From positions 2,873,388 through 2,937,387 of the forward strand of contig OZ253488.1 in the NCBI GenBank assembly GCA_965261855.1: a stretch of 64,000 nucleotides of DNA. Direction: 5' to 3'. Both the position numbers and the translations under genes were made by a program. Below, in pieces: positions 21,314-29,498 of this stretch. Source of the DNA: Phototrophicaceae bacterium (GTDB taxonomy: Bacteria; Chloroflexota; Anaerolineae; Aggregatilineales; Phototrophicaceae). Below the pieces are notes generated by a model, which was not told where the DNA came from, did not search any database, and saw only the letters and a program-made list of their open reading frames with translations. Positions within the stretch are counted from its first letter, which is position 1; every line of letters begins with the position of its first letter.

Positions 21314-22513
21314 TCAGCCGCCACGAAACAACTCCCGTACGATGATATTGCGCTGAATCTCGCTCGTTCCTTCATAAATCTGGAATATCTTCACATCGCG
21401 CAGCAGCTTCTCCACCGGATACTCTTTCATATAGCCGTAACCGCCAAAAACCTGCACCGCATCGACCGCCGCCTGCGTCGCCATGTCGGCTGCGAAAGCC
21501 TTCGCATAAGCGGGAATCCGCGGATTGAAGACGCCCGCGTCCACTTGCCAAGCCGCCTGCCAGGTCAAGAGCCTTGACGCTTCGTAATGGATCGCCATAT
21601 CCGCGATCTTGTGCCCCACCGCCTGATGCTGATAAATCGGCAAGCCGAAGGCTTCGCGCTCGCCCGCGTACTTGACGCTCTCATCCAGGGCGCGCCGCTG
21701 CAAACCGCAAGCCGCCGCCGCCACACCCGGGCGACTGTGATCAAAAACTTTCATGGCGATGTAAAAGCCTTGCCCCACCTCGCCGACAACATTCTCTTCC
21801 GGCACCTCGACATTCTCGAAAACAATCTCGGCGGTGTCCGACGCCCGTTGACCCAGCTTGTCGAATTTCTTGCCCACGCTCAGGCCCGGCGTCTCCCGAT
21901 CGACGATGAAACAGGTCATGCCGCGATGCCCGGCTTCGGGATCAGTCTTGGCGAATATCGTGTAGAAATTCGCATAGCTCGCATTGGTGATAAAAGTCTT
22001 GCTTCCATTGATAATGTAAGCTGCGCCCTTCTTATCGGCGCGCGTCTGAATGCCGGCCACATTCGAGCCCGCGTTCGCTTCGGTCACGCCATAAGAGCAA
22101 AATTGTCCGCCCTCGCCAGCGCGTTCGCCGAGCCAGTAGGCTTTCTGCCTGTCGCTGCCGGCGATCAAAATCGGCAGCATCGCCAGCGAATTGACGCCCA
22201 GGCTCGTACTGATGCCGGTGCAGCCGTAACCCAGTTCTTCCGATACAAGCGCTTCTTCAAAACATGAGGCGCCAACGCCGCCATATTCTTCCGGAATGAG
22301 CATGTTGACGATGCCCAATGCGCGCCCTTTGTGAAAGATTTCCTCGGGGAACTTCGCCTCTTCGTCATATTCCGCCGCGACCGGGATGATATTGTCAGCG
22401 ACAAAGTCGCGCGTCATCCGCACCAGCATCTCTTGTTCTTCGCTCAATTTGAATTGCGGTCCCGCCATGGTCTCCAGCGCAAGTTCGCTCATCTCGATCA
22501 CCTCAAGGCTCAT
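21314..22513 (-). CDS. Acyl-CoA dehydrogenase
   Basis: 399 aa with typical ACAD blocks (GSKTFITNA, QVFGGYGYMKEYPVEKLLRDVKIFQIYEGTSEIQ). Confidence 0.9.
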   Translation of the reverse strand: MSLEVIEMSELALETMAGPQFKLSEEQEMLVRMTRDFVADNIIPVAAEYDEEAKFPEEIFHKGRALGIVNMLIPEEYGGVGASCFEEALVSEELGYGCTGISTSLGVNSLAMLPILIAGSDRQKAYWLGERAGEGGQFCSYGVTEANAGSNVAGIQTRADKKGAAYIINGSKTFITNASYANFYTIFAKTDPEAGHRGMTCFIVDRETPGLSVGKKFDKLGQRASDTAEIVFENVEVPEENVVGEVGQGFYIAMKVFDHSRPGVAAAACGLQRRALDESVKYAGEREAFGLPIYQHQAVGHKIADMAIHYEASRLLTWQAAWQVDAGVFNPRIPAYAKAFAADMATQAAVDAVQVFGGYGYMKEYPVEKLLRDVKIFQIYEGTSEIQRNIIVRELFRGG

Positions 22514-22544
22514 AATTCACAACGTAATCTAACACGGATTAGAT

Positions 22545-23300
22545 TCACCTTCCAGCGTCTTGCATAAGGCGCAATATCGCGGCAACTACGAGCGAATGCT
22601 GTTCCTCGCGGCTGATCCCAGCCGGCAAATCGCCCGACTGCTCACCGTACCAGCCGAACTGCGCATGATTCCCGCCTAAGATCTGAGTCACCTGAATATC
22701 GCCTGGCAATCGCTCCAGCGAACTTTCCACTTCGTCAACCGCCACCAGTCCATCGCGATCCCCAAAGATGGCAGCGACCGCCAAATCACTGCCGCTGAGA
22801 TCGACATGGGCTTCGGCATAGGCCGCCAGCAGCGCCAAACCATCGACGCGTTCCCGGTTCTTATGGGCATAACGCGCCGCCATCACCCCGCCTAGCGAAT
22901 GCCCGCCTATTACCCAGTTCTCAATGGATAGGAATGCGCTCATGACATCGCTGGCCGCGTCAGGATTTAGAATGGCGAGGTTCAGCGGCATGGGAACGAT
23001 TACCGCCAGGCGTCCCGCCTCGGCCAGCGCCCGACCCAATGGCGCGTATGCTTCCGCCGCCACCCGCCCTCCAGGATAGAAAATGAATCCGCTCGTATAG
23101 CCGCCCTTGGTCGGCTCGAAAGTGATCCAGCGCTCGCGATTCACTTCTACGCGCTCATCGGATTGCAGCGCTCTTTCCGCTTCTGGCATGACCGCGCCGG
23201 TTGGGACGCTCAGCCAAATCAGCGCGCCTGAAGCAACAGCGCCGATTAGCAGCAATGCAAGCAATATCGCGCGACGCGGGTAGCGGCAAAGAAGTTTCAA
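22545..23300 (-). CDS. Membrane-anchored alpha/beta hydrolase
   Basis: 251 aa, N-terminal TM helix, GGHSLGG nucleophile elbow; 4-nt overlap with the upstream oxidoreductase gene. Confidence 0.7.
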   Translation of the reverse strand: MKLLCRYPRRAILLALLLIGAVASGALIWLSVPTGAVMPEAERALQSDERVEVNRERWITFEPTKGGYTSGFIFYPGGRVAAEAYAPLGRALAEAGRLAVIVPMPLNLAILNPDAASDVMSAFLSIENWVIGGHSLGGVMAARYAHKNRERVDGLALLAAYAEAHVDLSGSDLAVAAIFGDRDGLVAVDEVESSLERLPGDIQVTQILGGNHAQFGWYGEQSGDLPAGISREEQHSLVVAAILRLMQDAGR

Positions 23301-24343
23301 GACGATGACGACAGCGCCTCAGCCATCGCCTCGCCCGCGGCGATGCCGGAGAGAAACGCCCCTTCCACCCGTCCACGCCCGCCGAAAGCGTCACCGGCAA
23401 AGACCAACGGCGGCAGATCCCGCGCCAGCAAACACTCTTGCGGATGAGTCGTCAAAGGCACCGAGTAGCGCCACTTCTTCACTTGCGTTTGCACGATCTG
23501 CGCGCCCGCCTTGAGGTAAGGCTGCACTGCCGATTCCAGCGCCCGAATGATATCCGCTTCGGAAGCGTCCCAATTCTGGCGGCTGAATTTGGCGTTGGCG
23601 TGGCTGGTGATGATCCTCGTCGCCGATATTCCCTTCGCCTGATTGTCCGCTACCCAGTACACATCGCTTTGGAAATTCTGCATGGCGCCCGGCGCTGGCA
23701 AATCAACATCGCCGTTGACCGCGTGGATGCCGCACAAGCAAGGACCGAAGCGTATTCGCCGTAACGCGGCATCATCGTCCGCATTGAGATGCACACCGCT
23801 AGCGCTGAGCAATGCCAGCGTCTCGGGCATCGGCGGCGTCATGATTAGCCCGTTTCCCGCGTAGACATTGCCGCCGCTATCGCTTAGCTCCCAACCGCCG
23901 CCTTGCTGGCGTATGTCGGAAACCAATTTGTCAATCGAAATACTGATGCCCGTCGCCAGCTGTTTGGCCAGCTTGTTCATCCCGCCGCGAACCGCATATC
24001 GCGGGTGCCCGTCGCTGATGGTGCGTTTCAGGCTGCCATCCGACCAGCCGCTTCCCCAGACATAAACCAAATCAAGCGCCCGCCAGCGATCGACATATCG
24101 CTGCAAGGTCGATGTCCGCACGGTAAAGAACTGTGCTCCATGATCGGCCAAGCCGCTTTCGCCAATCCGCCGCGTCGCCAGGCGGCCGCCAACGCTGCGT
24201 CCCCGTTCGATCACCTGTACCTCATGACCGCGCTCCAGCAAGGCATTCGCCGCCATCAACCCGGCTACGCCCGCGCCAACAATCACGACATCTACCGCCA
24301 CATCATGCGCCTTTCCCCTAGCCGCCATGCGCATTCCAATCAT
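23297..24343 (-). CDS. FAD/NAD(P)-binding oxidoreductase (amine-oxidase / renalase-like fold)
   Basis: 348 aa, DVVIVGAGVAGLMAANAL...ERGRSVGGRLATR dinucleotide-binding motif. Confidence 0.7.
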   Translation of the reverse strand: MIGMRMAARGKAHDVAVDVVIVGAGVAGLMAANALLERGHEVQVIERGRSVGGRLATRRIGESGLADHGAQFFTVRTSTLQRYVDRWRALDLVYVWGSGWSDGSLKRTISDGHPRYAVRGGMNKLAKQLATGISISIDKLVSDIRQQGGGWELSDSGGNVYAGNGLIMTPPMPETLALLSASGVHLNADDDAALRRIRFGPCLCGIHAVNGDVDLPAPGAMQNFQSDVYWVADNQAKGISATRIITSHANAKFSRQNWDASEADIIRALESAVQPYLKAGAQIVQTQVKKWRYSVPLTTHPQECLLARDLPPLVFAGDAFGGRGRVEGAFLSGIAAGEAMAEALSSSS

Positions 24344-24426
24344 ACCGCATTCAGCCTATTATTTTAGGCGGACTCCCTCTCATTGCCTTTGCCGCCGAAT
24401 CTAACGAAACTCTTTTACCAATTATC

Positions 24427-24455
24427 TTCACAGTCGCGTCGAAATGTGCTAGACT
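24427..24455 (+). promoter_or_regulatory. Candidate ssrA promoter
   Basis: TTCACA-17 nt-TAGACT with TGc extended -10, about 55 nt upstream of the mature tmRNA 5' end. Confidence 0.4.
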
Positions 24456-24508
24456 GTCGTTGCGTGGTGATAAAGGCTGATTGGGCAGCCCGCATCGCCA
24501 GTCATCAT

Positions 24509-24895
24509 GGGGGCGAATCAGATTCGACGTTGGTGGCTGAAACCGCACTGCAAGCCGTGGCGCCAAAGCACGTTAAACTGGCAAAGCACATAGGTGCAAA
24601 ACCCAATTTCCAACCCCTCCCAATGGTGGCTTAGCCCACCGGCGTGAGGGAGTAGAGGCTGATGATCCTCTACCGCTCCTGCAGACTCGTCTCCCTTCAC
24701 GAACTGCAACGAGTGTCACAAAAAGCTAGGGTGCCCGTCGTCCACGCCGATAAGACGGCGCCAAGACCAATCGGCTAGCGCAACGTGAACCGCGCCCTCT
24801 GGGCTGCGTTGCGCGAAACTATTCAGAGAGCTAAGCTTGTAGAAGTGCGAGTCTCGAAACCAGCGGACCCGGGGGGCAGGTCCCCGGCGCTTCCA
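24509..24895 (+). ncRNA. ssrA: tmRNA (SsrA), one-piece, ~387 nt
   Basis: 5' GGGGGCGAAUCAGAUUCGACG pairs with 3' CGCUUCC-A (G3:U preserved). Tag frame follows AUAGGU: GCA AAA CCC AAU UUC CAA CCC CUC CCA AUG GUG GCU UAG (24596-24634). CCA is not encoded. A terminator follows. Confidence 0.85.
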
Positions 24896-24903
24896 CTCTC
24901 ATT

Positions 24904-24940
24904 CGCCGCTTTGCGTCTCGCAGAGCGGCGTTTGCTTATT
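24904..24940 (+). terminator. Rho-independent terminator of ssrA
   Basis: CGCCGCTTTGC-(loop)-GCAGAGCGGCG followed by TTTGCTTATT. Confidence 0.6.
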
Positions 24941-24960
24941 GCGTTATAATCGCTCCCACT

Positions 24961-25755
24961 ATGGTCCACAACTTCCCGCGGTACGCGCGCCTTATCTTTT
25001 GCGCCATTGTGACCGCCGTCGCCTTCACGCTTAGCGCCTGCCGCTCCGGCGAGCCGCAGCAGACGGTGACCGCCGCTTACGCTGAAGCCCTTTCCAGCAT
25101 CGAAATGCTGCGCATCACCGCTACCGTTGCTCGCGCCCGCATCCAAACCACGCTGGACTACGCCGGCACGCGCGTCGCCCAGGCTGACGCAGCCAGCGCC
25201 TTTCTCGCCTCCAACCTGATTAGCCTCGGCACCGAAAGCGCCTTCATTGAACAAAACCTTCAGGGCGTGGGCGAATTCAACTCCGCCATTTCGACAGCTC
25301 CGCCCGCGAATGAGCCCGTGATTTCGCTTGCCGCCCAAGCGCCGCGCGCTCAAACGCCCAGGGCGATCGTTACGCCACCCGCCCTTACGCCGCCGCCAAC
25401 TTCGACTCAACGAGGACCGCGCCTGGAAAACATCAGCATGGCTTCCGGCGTCAATGAATTCGATTGCGCCATTGATGTCAATCCCCGTTTCACGCCGGCG
25501 TCGACAGCCATATACGTTGTTGGGCGCGCATTCGCCATACCCGCCGGCGCCACGATTTCATCCAGTTGGCGTCGCGCTGGAATAGAAGTGGTCAGCTTCA
25601 GCTTCCAGCGGGATCACGAGATTAACGACAACTGTATCTGGTTCTTCATCGATCAGACCGATACGCCATTCACCGTCGGTTTCTGGAGCGTCGAAATCAG
25701 CGTTAACGGACTGCCCGTGACCTCGCCCGTCGCCTTCCAAATCCTGGGAAACTGA
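24961..25755 (+). CDS. Hypothetical lipoprotein
   Basis: 264 aa. Lipobox-like AFTLSAC after a hydrophobic N-terminus, Pro-rich linker, beta-rich C-terminal domain. No family recognised. Confidence 0.55.
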   Translation: MVHNFPRYARLIFCAIVTAVAFTLSACRSGEPQQTVTAAYAEALSSIEMLRITATVARARIQTTLDYAGTRVAQADAASAFLASNLISLGTESAFIEQNLQGVGEFNSAISTAPPANEPVISLAAQAPRAQTPRAIVTPPALTPPPTSTQRGPRLENISMASGVNEFDCAIDVNPRFTPASTAIYVVGRAFAIPAGATISSSWRRAGIEVVSFSFQRDHEINDNCIWFFIDQTDTPFTVGFWSVEISVNGLPVTSPVAFQILGN

Positions 25756-25853
25756 GCCCCTTGAATCCGTGCTGACCAGTTGCCCTTCACCTGCGACCTT
25801 AAGATCATACTGGAATCAGCGGCAACTCCTGGCATAATTCTACGTATACCGAT

Positions 25854-26279
25854 ATGAATCTTGCGGCTAGCAACAGGACAGGCACGATGGCGATCGTCAC
25901 CCGCTGGGACAACAAGAAAAAGACCGTTATCCTCCTCGAATTCGAGTCGGAATGGGATTGGGACGAACTCGAGCAAGCGGTGCAAAAAGCCGACCAACTG
26001 ATCGGCAGCGTGGAGCACTATGTCGACTTGATCATCGACCTGGAAGGCACAACCATCCCGCGCGACATCCTGACCGCCGCTAAGACCTTGCTGGCATCGG
26101 GCGAAGCCCGCCCCAATGAAGGCGCCCGCGTCGTCGTCGGCGCCAACGGCGCTATCCGCACCATCTATCAGACAATACAGAAGACCTTCAACAACGCCGT
26201 CGAAGGACGTGAAGTCCTTTTCGCCCCTAACATGAACGACGCGCGCGCGATCGTGCGCGGCTTGGCGCTGGATCGCTAG
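25854..26279 (+). CDS. Hypothetical small acidic protein (no family recognised)
   Basis: 141-aa ORF (alternative ATG at 25887, MAIVTRWD). Natural-looking composition, unlike the antisense 25653-26285 ORF. Confidence 0.5.
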   Translation: MNLAASNRTGTMAIVTRWDNKKKTVILLEFESEWDWDELEQAVQKADQLIGSVEHYVDLIIDLEGTTIPRDILTAAKTLLASGEARPNEGARVVVGANGAIRTIYQTIQKTFNNAVEGREVLFAPNMNDARAIVRGLALDR

Positions 26280-26470
26280 CGCCAACCCGACCCATTTGGC
26301 TCAATCTGTAGAATCACTTCGCTCGCCTGACGAACCGATCCTTCGTGTGACGGTCGATGGGGTTTGCCGCTGCCATGAGCGTCGTGTCGCGGCGCCTGGC
26401 TTAAAGAGCAGTCCACCTAGACATTTTGACAGTCGCTTCAAAGCGGCTGAAGCAGCTATGCTATAGTCAT

Positions 26471-26599
26471 TGTAGACTCCCGCGCGACTATATCGCCGCC
26501 CACGCAAAATACCTTGCAAACCACCGCGCGATGCTCCCCCTCTCCCCTTGTGGGAGAGGGGGCCGGGGGTGAGGGGTCTGCCGCTCGCAACGTAAACAG
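26471..26599 (+). repeat. Composite intergenic repeat, copy 1 (modules A-B-C)
   Basis: A: TGTAGACTCCCGCGCGAC...CGCCGCCCACGCAAAATACCTTGC. B: CCCCCTCTCCC/GGGAGAGGGGG hairpin plus CCGGGGGTGAGGGG. C: TCTGCCGCTCGCAACGTAAACAG. Homologous copies at 29319, 60868/61036 and 63961. Confidence 0.75.
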
Positions 26600-26615
26600 G
26601 AGGCGACACAAACCA

Positions 26616-28556
26616 ATGGGAATGATAGGCGGCGGCTGGTACCGCCGTATGTGGCGGCACGAGACGAAGGCGAAGCCCAATGTCTCGGGACGCCTACTGC
26701 TCCGAGTGCTGCGATACGCCAAGCCCTACCGACTTCATATCGTCGGCATGCTGATCGCCATCGTGCTGACCACCAGCCTGGGATTGATCAATCCGCTGAT
26801 CTTCCGTCAGATCATTGATGTCGCCCTTCCGGCCAAAGACATCGGTATGCTCAATGTGCTGGCGCTGGCGATGCTGGTTCTGCCGATAACCGTCTCTTGC
26901 GTCCGGATAGTGCAGCGCAAACTGAATGTCACCATCGCCGAAGGCGTCATCTACGACCTGCGCGTTTCGCTTTATCGTCACCTGCAGCAGATGTCGCTCC
27001 GTTTCTTCACCAATACCAAAACGGGCGAGTTGATGAGCCGCCTGAACAACGATGTCATCGGCGCGCAAAATGCCGTCAGCAACACCATCGTCGCCATTAT
27101 CACCAATTTCTTCATGGTCATCGCCTCCCTTGCTATCATGCTGCATTTGGAATGGCGCTTGACCCTGATTAGCGTCACAGTCCTGCCCTTCTACCTCATC
27201 ATCATGCGGCGGCTTGGCGCTCGCCTCGAGCAGATATCGCGCGAGCAGCGTGTGATCGACGCGCAGATGAACGCGATGATGAACGAAACACTCAATATAA
27301 GCGGCGCCTTGCTCGTTAAACTCTTCGGACGGCTGGAAGCGGAGGTGGATCATTTCGATCGCCGCGCTGCTGAAGTTCGCGATGCTGGCATCAAGCGCGC
27401 GGTTATGGGGATTCAATTCTCCACCGTCCTCGGTCTTTTGGATTATATCGGCACGGCGCTGATCTACTGGATCGGCGGCATGCTCGTCATCGGCGAGGCG
27501 CTCTCAATCGGCACCATTGTCGCCTTCGTCGTCTACGCCACGCGGCTGTATTTTCCTCTTGAAATGCTCGCCAACGCGCCGGTGGAATTCGCGCAATCCA
27601 TCGTCAGCTTCGAGCGCGTGTTTGAGATCATCGACCTGCCGCTGGAAATCGCCGAGGCTGACGACGCCATTCAGTTGGAGGAAGTCGAAGGCAAGCTGGC
27701 TTTCGAGGATGTGAGCTTTCGTTACCGCATAGACGATGCGCAACTGCTTTCCGATGTCGAGCGAATCGGCCGCTTCGCCAGCGTCAACGCCACACGCTCG
27801 GGTGAAAGTGGGCGGCGGCGGAACGGCGCGCCCACGACCGGCCTGGTACACCAAGCGCGCGAGATGGCGCTGGTAAACATCTCATTCCGCATCGAGCCGG
27901 GCCAGCTTGTCGCCCTGGTCGGTCCCAGCGGCGCCGGCAAAACAACGCTGACCTACCTGATCCCGCGCCTATATGATCCTTCCGCCGGGCGGGTTACGCT
28001 CGATGGCTATGACCTGCGTCACCTGACCCTGAGCGCCATGGCGCGGAACATCGGCATGGTGACCCAAGAGACCTACCTCTTCCATGATACGATCCGCACC
28101 AACCTGCTCTACGCCAAGCCCGACGCTACGCAAGCCGAACTCGAAGCGGCGGCGAAAGCAGCCCATATCCATGATTTCGTGATGGGGCTGAGCGATGGCT
28201 ACGACTCCATCGTCGGCGAGCGCGGCTACAGGCTCAGCGGCGGCGAAAAACAGCGGATCGCCATCGCCCGCGTCGTCTTGAAGGATCCGCGGATTCTCGT
28301 GCTGGACGAAGCCACCAGCCATCTCGACAGCCATTCGGAAGCGCTGATCCAGGACGCGCTCAGCCAAATCATGCGCGGACGCACCAGCATCGTCATCGCC
28401 CATCGGCTCAGCACGATCCTGGCCGCCGATGCCATTCTGGTGCTGGATCGCGGCGTCATCGTCGAGCAGGGCAGCCACGCCGAACTCCTGAATAAAGCCG
28501 GCCTCTACGCAAGCCTCTATGAGACACAATTCAGCGGACAGCGCGAACCGGCATGA
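26616..28556 (+). CDS. ABC transporter, fused permease/ATPase (MsbA/exporter type)
   Basis: Six-TM domain plus NBD (GPSGAGKTT, LSGGEKQRIAIAR, LVLDEATSHLD). ATG 26616 has AGGAGG 12 nt upstream; alternative ATG 26649. The ORF-track start 26514 translates the repeat. Confidence 0.88.
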   Translation: MGMIGGGWYRRMWRHETKAKPNVSGRLLLRVLRYAKPYRLHIVGMLIAIVLTTSLGLINPLIFRQIIDVALPAKDIGMLNVLALAMLVLPITVSCVRIVQRKLNVTIAEGVIYDLRVSLYRHLQQMSLRFFTNTKTGELMSRLNNDVIGAQNAVSNTIVAIITNFFMVIASLAIMLHLEWRLTLISVTVLPFYLIIMRRLGARLEQISREQRVIDAQMNAMMNETLNISGALLVKLFGRLEAEVDHFDRRAAEVRDAGIKRAVMGIQFSTVLGLLDYIGTALIYWIGGMLVIGEALSIGTIVAFVVYATRLYFPLEMLANAPVEFAQSIVSFERVFEIIDLPLEIAEADDAIQLEEVEGKLAFEDVSFRYRIDDAQLLSDVERIGRFASVNATRSGESGRRRNGAPTTGLVHQAREMALVNISFRIEPGQLVALVGPSGAGKTTLTYLIPRLYDPSAGRVTLDGYDLRHLTLSAMARNIGMVTQETYLFHDTIRTNLLYAKPDATQAELEAAAKAAHIHDFVMGLSDGYDSIVGERGYRLSGGEKQRIAIARVVLKDPRILVLDEATSHLDSHSEALIQDALSQIMRGRTSIVIAHRLSTILAADAILVLDRGVIVEQGSHAELLNKAGLYASLYETQFSGQREPA

Positions 28557-29323
28557 AGGCGACGATCACCCAGCTTGACGCAAGCCAACTGCCAAGCGAA
28601 TGGGAAGCGCTGCGAGCCCATGTCTCCCGCGAACGTTCCGATCTCGTGCTGCTGCCCGAGATCTGCTTCGCGCCCTGGTTCTGTACCGCGCCCAAATTCA
28701 ACGAATCTGTCTGGCGCGCCGCCCTGTCCGCGCACGAGCGCTGGCTAACGCGCCTGCCGGAACTTGGCGCCGCGACGGTCATCGGCACGGCCCCACGTAA
28801 CGAAGCCGGCAAACGATACAATGTCGCCTACGCCTGGAACGCCACGCGCGGACTGCAGTGGATCCGCCGCAAGACCTATCTCCCGAACGACGACGGCTAT
28901 TGGGAAGCCAACTGGTATGATCGCGCCCCGATAGATTTCCAGCCGGTCCGCTTGGGCGAGCTTTCCATCGGGCTTAGCATCTGCACCGAAATCTGGTTCA
29001 TGCAACACGCGCGCCAATACGGCAAGCGCGGCATTCACTTGCTGCTGAATCCGCGCAGCACACCCGCGTTCAGCAACGATAAGTGGTTGGCGGGCGGCCG
29101 CACGGCTGCCGTCGTAGCCGGCGCATTTTCCCTTTCGTCCAATCATGCTGGGCGCGCCGATCACATCCAGCTGGGCGGCGCTGGCTGGATCTGCGACCCA
29201 GATGGCGTCGTACTCGCGGTGACCGACGCCGGCACTCCCTTCATCACCCTGGATTTGGACCTCGACCAAGCCGAATCAGCCAAACTTTCCTACCCGCGCT
29301 ACGTCGACGACAGCCCTCTGTAG
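28553..29323 (+). CDS. Carbon-nitrogen hydrolase (nitrilase superfamily)
   Basis: 256 aa with Glu (LLPE), Lys (RRKTYLP) and Cys (LSICTEIWF) triad contexts; ATGA overlap with the ABC exporter stop. Confidence 0.8.
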   Translation: MKATITQLDASQLPSEWEALRAHVSRERSDLVLLPEICFAPWFCTAPKFNESVWRAALSAHERWLTRLPELGAATVIGTAPRNEAGKRYNVAYAWNATRGLQWIRRKTYLPNDDGYWEANWYDRAPIDFQPVRLGELSIGLSICTEIWFMQHARQYGKRGIHLLLNPRSTPAFSNDKWLAGGRTAAVVAGAFSLSSNHAGRADHIQLGGAGWICDPDGVVLAVTDAGTPFITLDLDLDQAESAKLSYPRYVDDSPL

Positions 29324-29450
29324 ACACCCGCGCGACAATCCCGCCGCCCACGCAAAATCCCTTGCGTCCCGCAGCGTCTAGCTCCCCTTCCCTAGCTTGC
29401 TGGGGAAGGGGCCGGGGGATGGGGTGTGCCGTACTCGCTGTACAATACGC
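29319..29450 (+). repeat. Composite intergenic repeat, copy 2 (modules A-B-C)
   Basis: TGTAGACACCCGCGCGACAATCCCGCCGCCCACGCAAAATCCCTTGC ... CCCCTTCCC/GGGGAAGGGG hairpin + CCGGGGGATGGGG + GTGCCGTACTCGCTGTACAATAC. Begins on the TAG stop of the C-N hydrolase gene. Confidence 0.75.
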
Positions 29451-29498
29451 CACCCTGTCTGCTACCATATCGACAGCAGGGCAAGCTGCGAGATCACT

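Noticed and set aside
24945-24950. TATAAT hexamer 11 nt upstream of the lipoprotein ATG (possible leaderless transcript)
   Set aside because: There is no -35 or TG extension at the proper spacing. It lies in the U-tract region of the ssrA terminator and could be fortuitous.
24823-25410. 195-aa minus-strand ORF overlapping the tmRNA 3' end and the lipoprotein gene; also 25653-26285 (210 aa, minus strand)
   Set aside because: Gly/Arg/Ala-rich antisense-type translations. One overlaps a well-supported ncRNA, and the plus-strand ORFs have more natural composition and signal features.
24896-26300. Possible genomic island integrated at the ssrA 3' end
   Set aside because: No integrase, no excisionase and no direct repeat of the tmRNA 3' terminus were seen downstream. 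Only two orphan genes lie before ordinary chromosomal genes.
26514-26615. N-terminal extension of the ABC exporter ORF (…PSPLVGEGAGGEGSAARNVNRRRHKP). Analogous extensions exist for pth (29397-29498) and the methyltransferase (61241-61300).
   Set aside because: These segments are translations of the intergenic repeat modules. Canonical N-termini with SD sequences begin downstream at 26616, 29499 and 61301.
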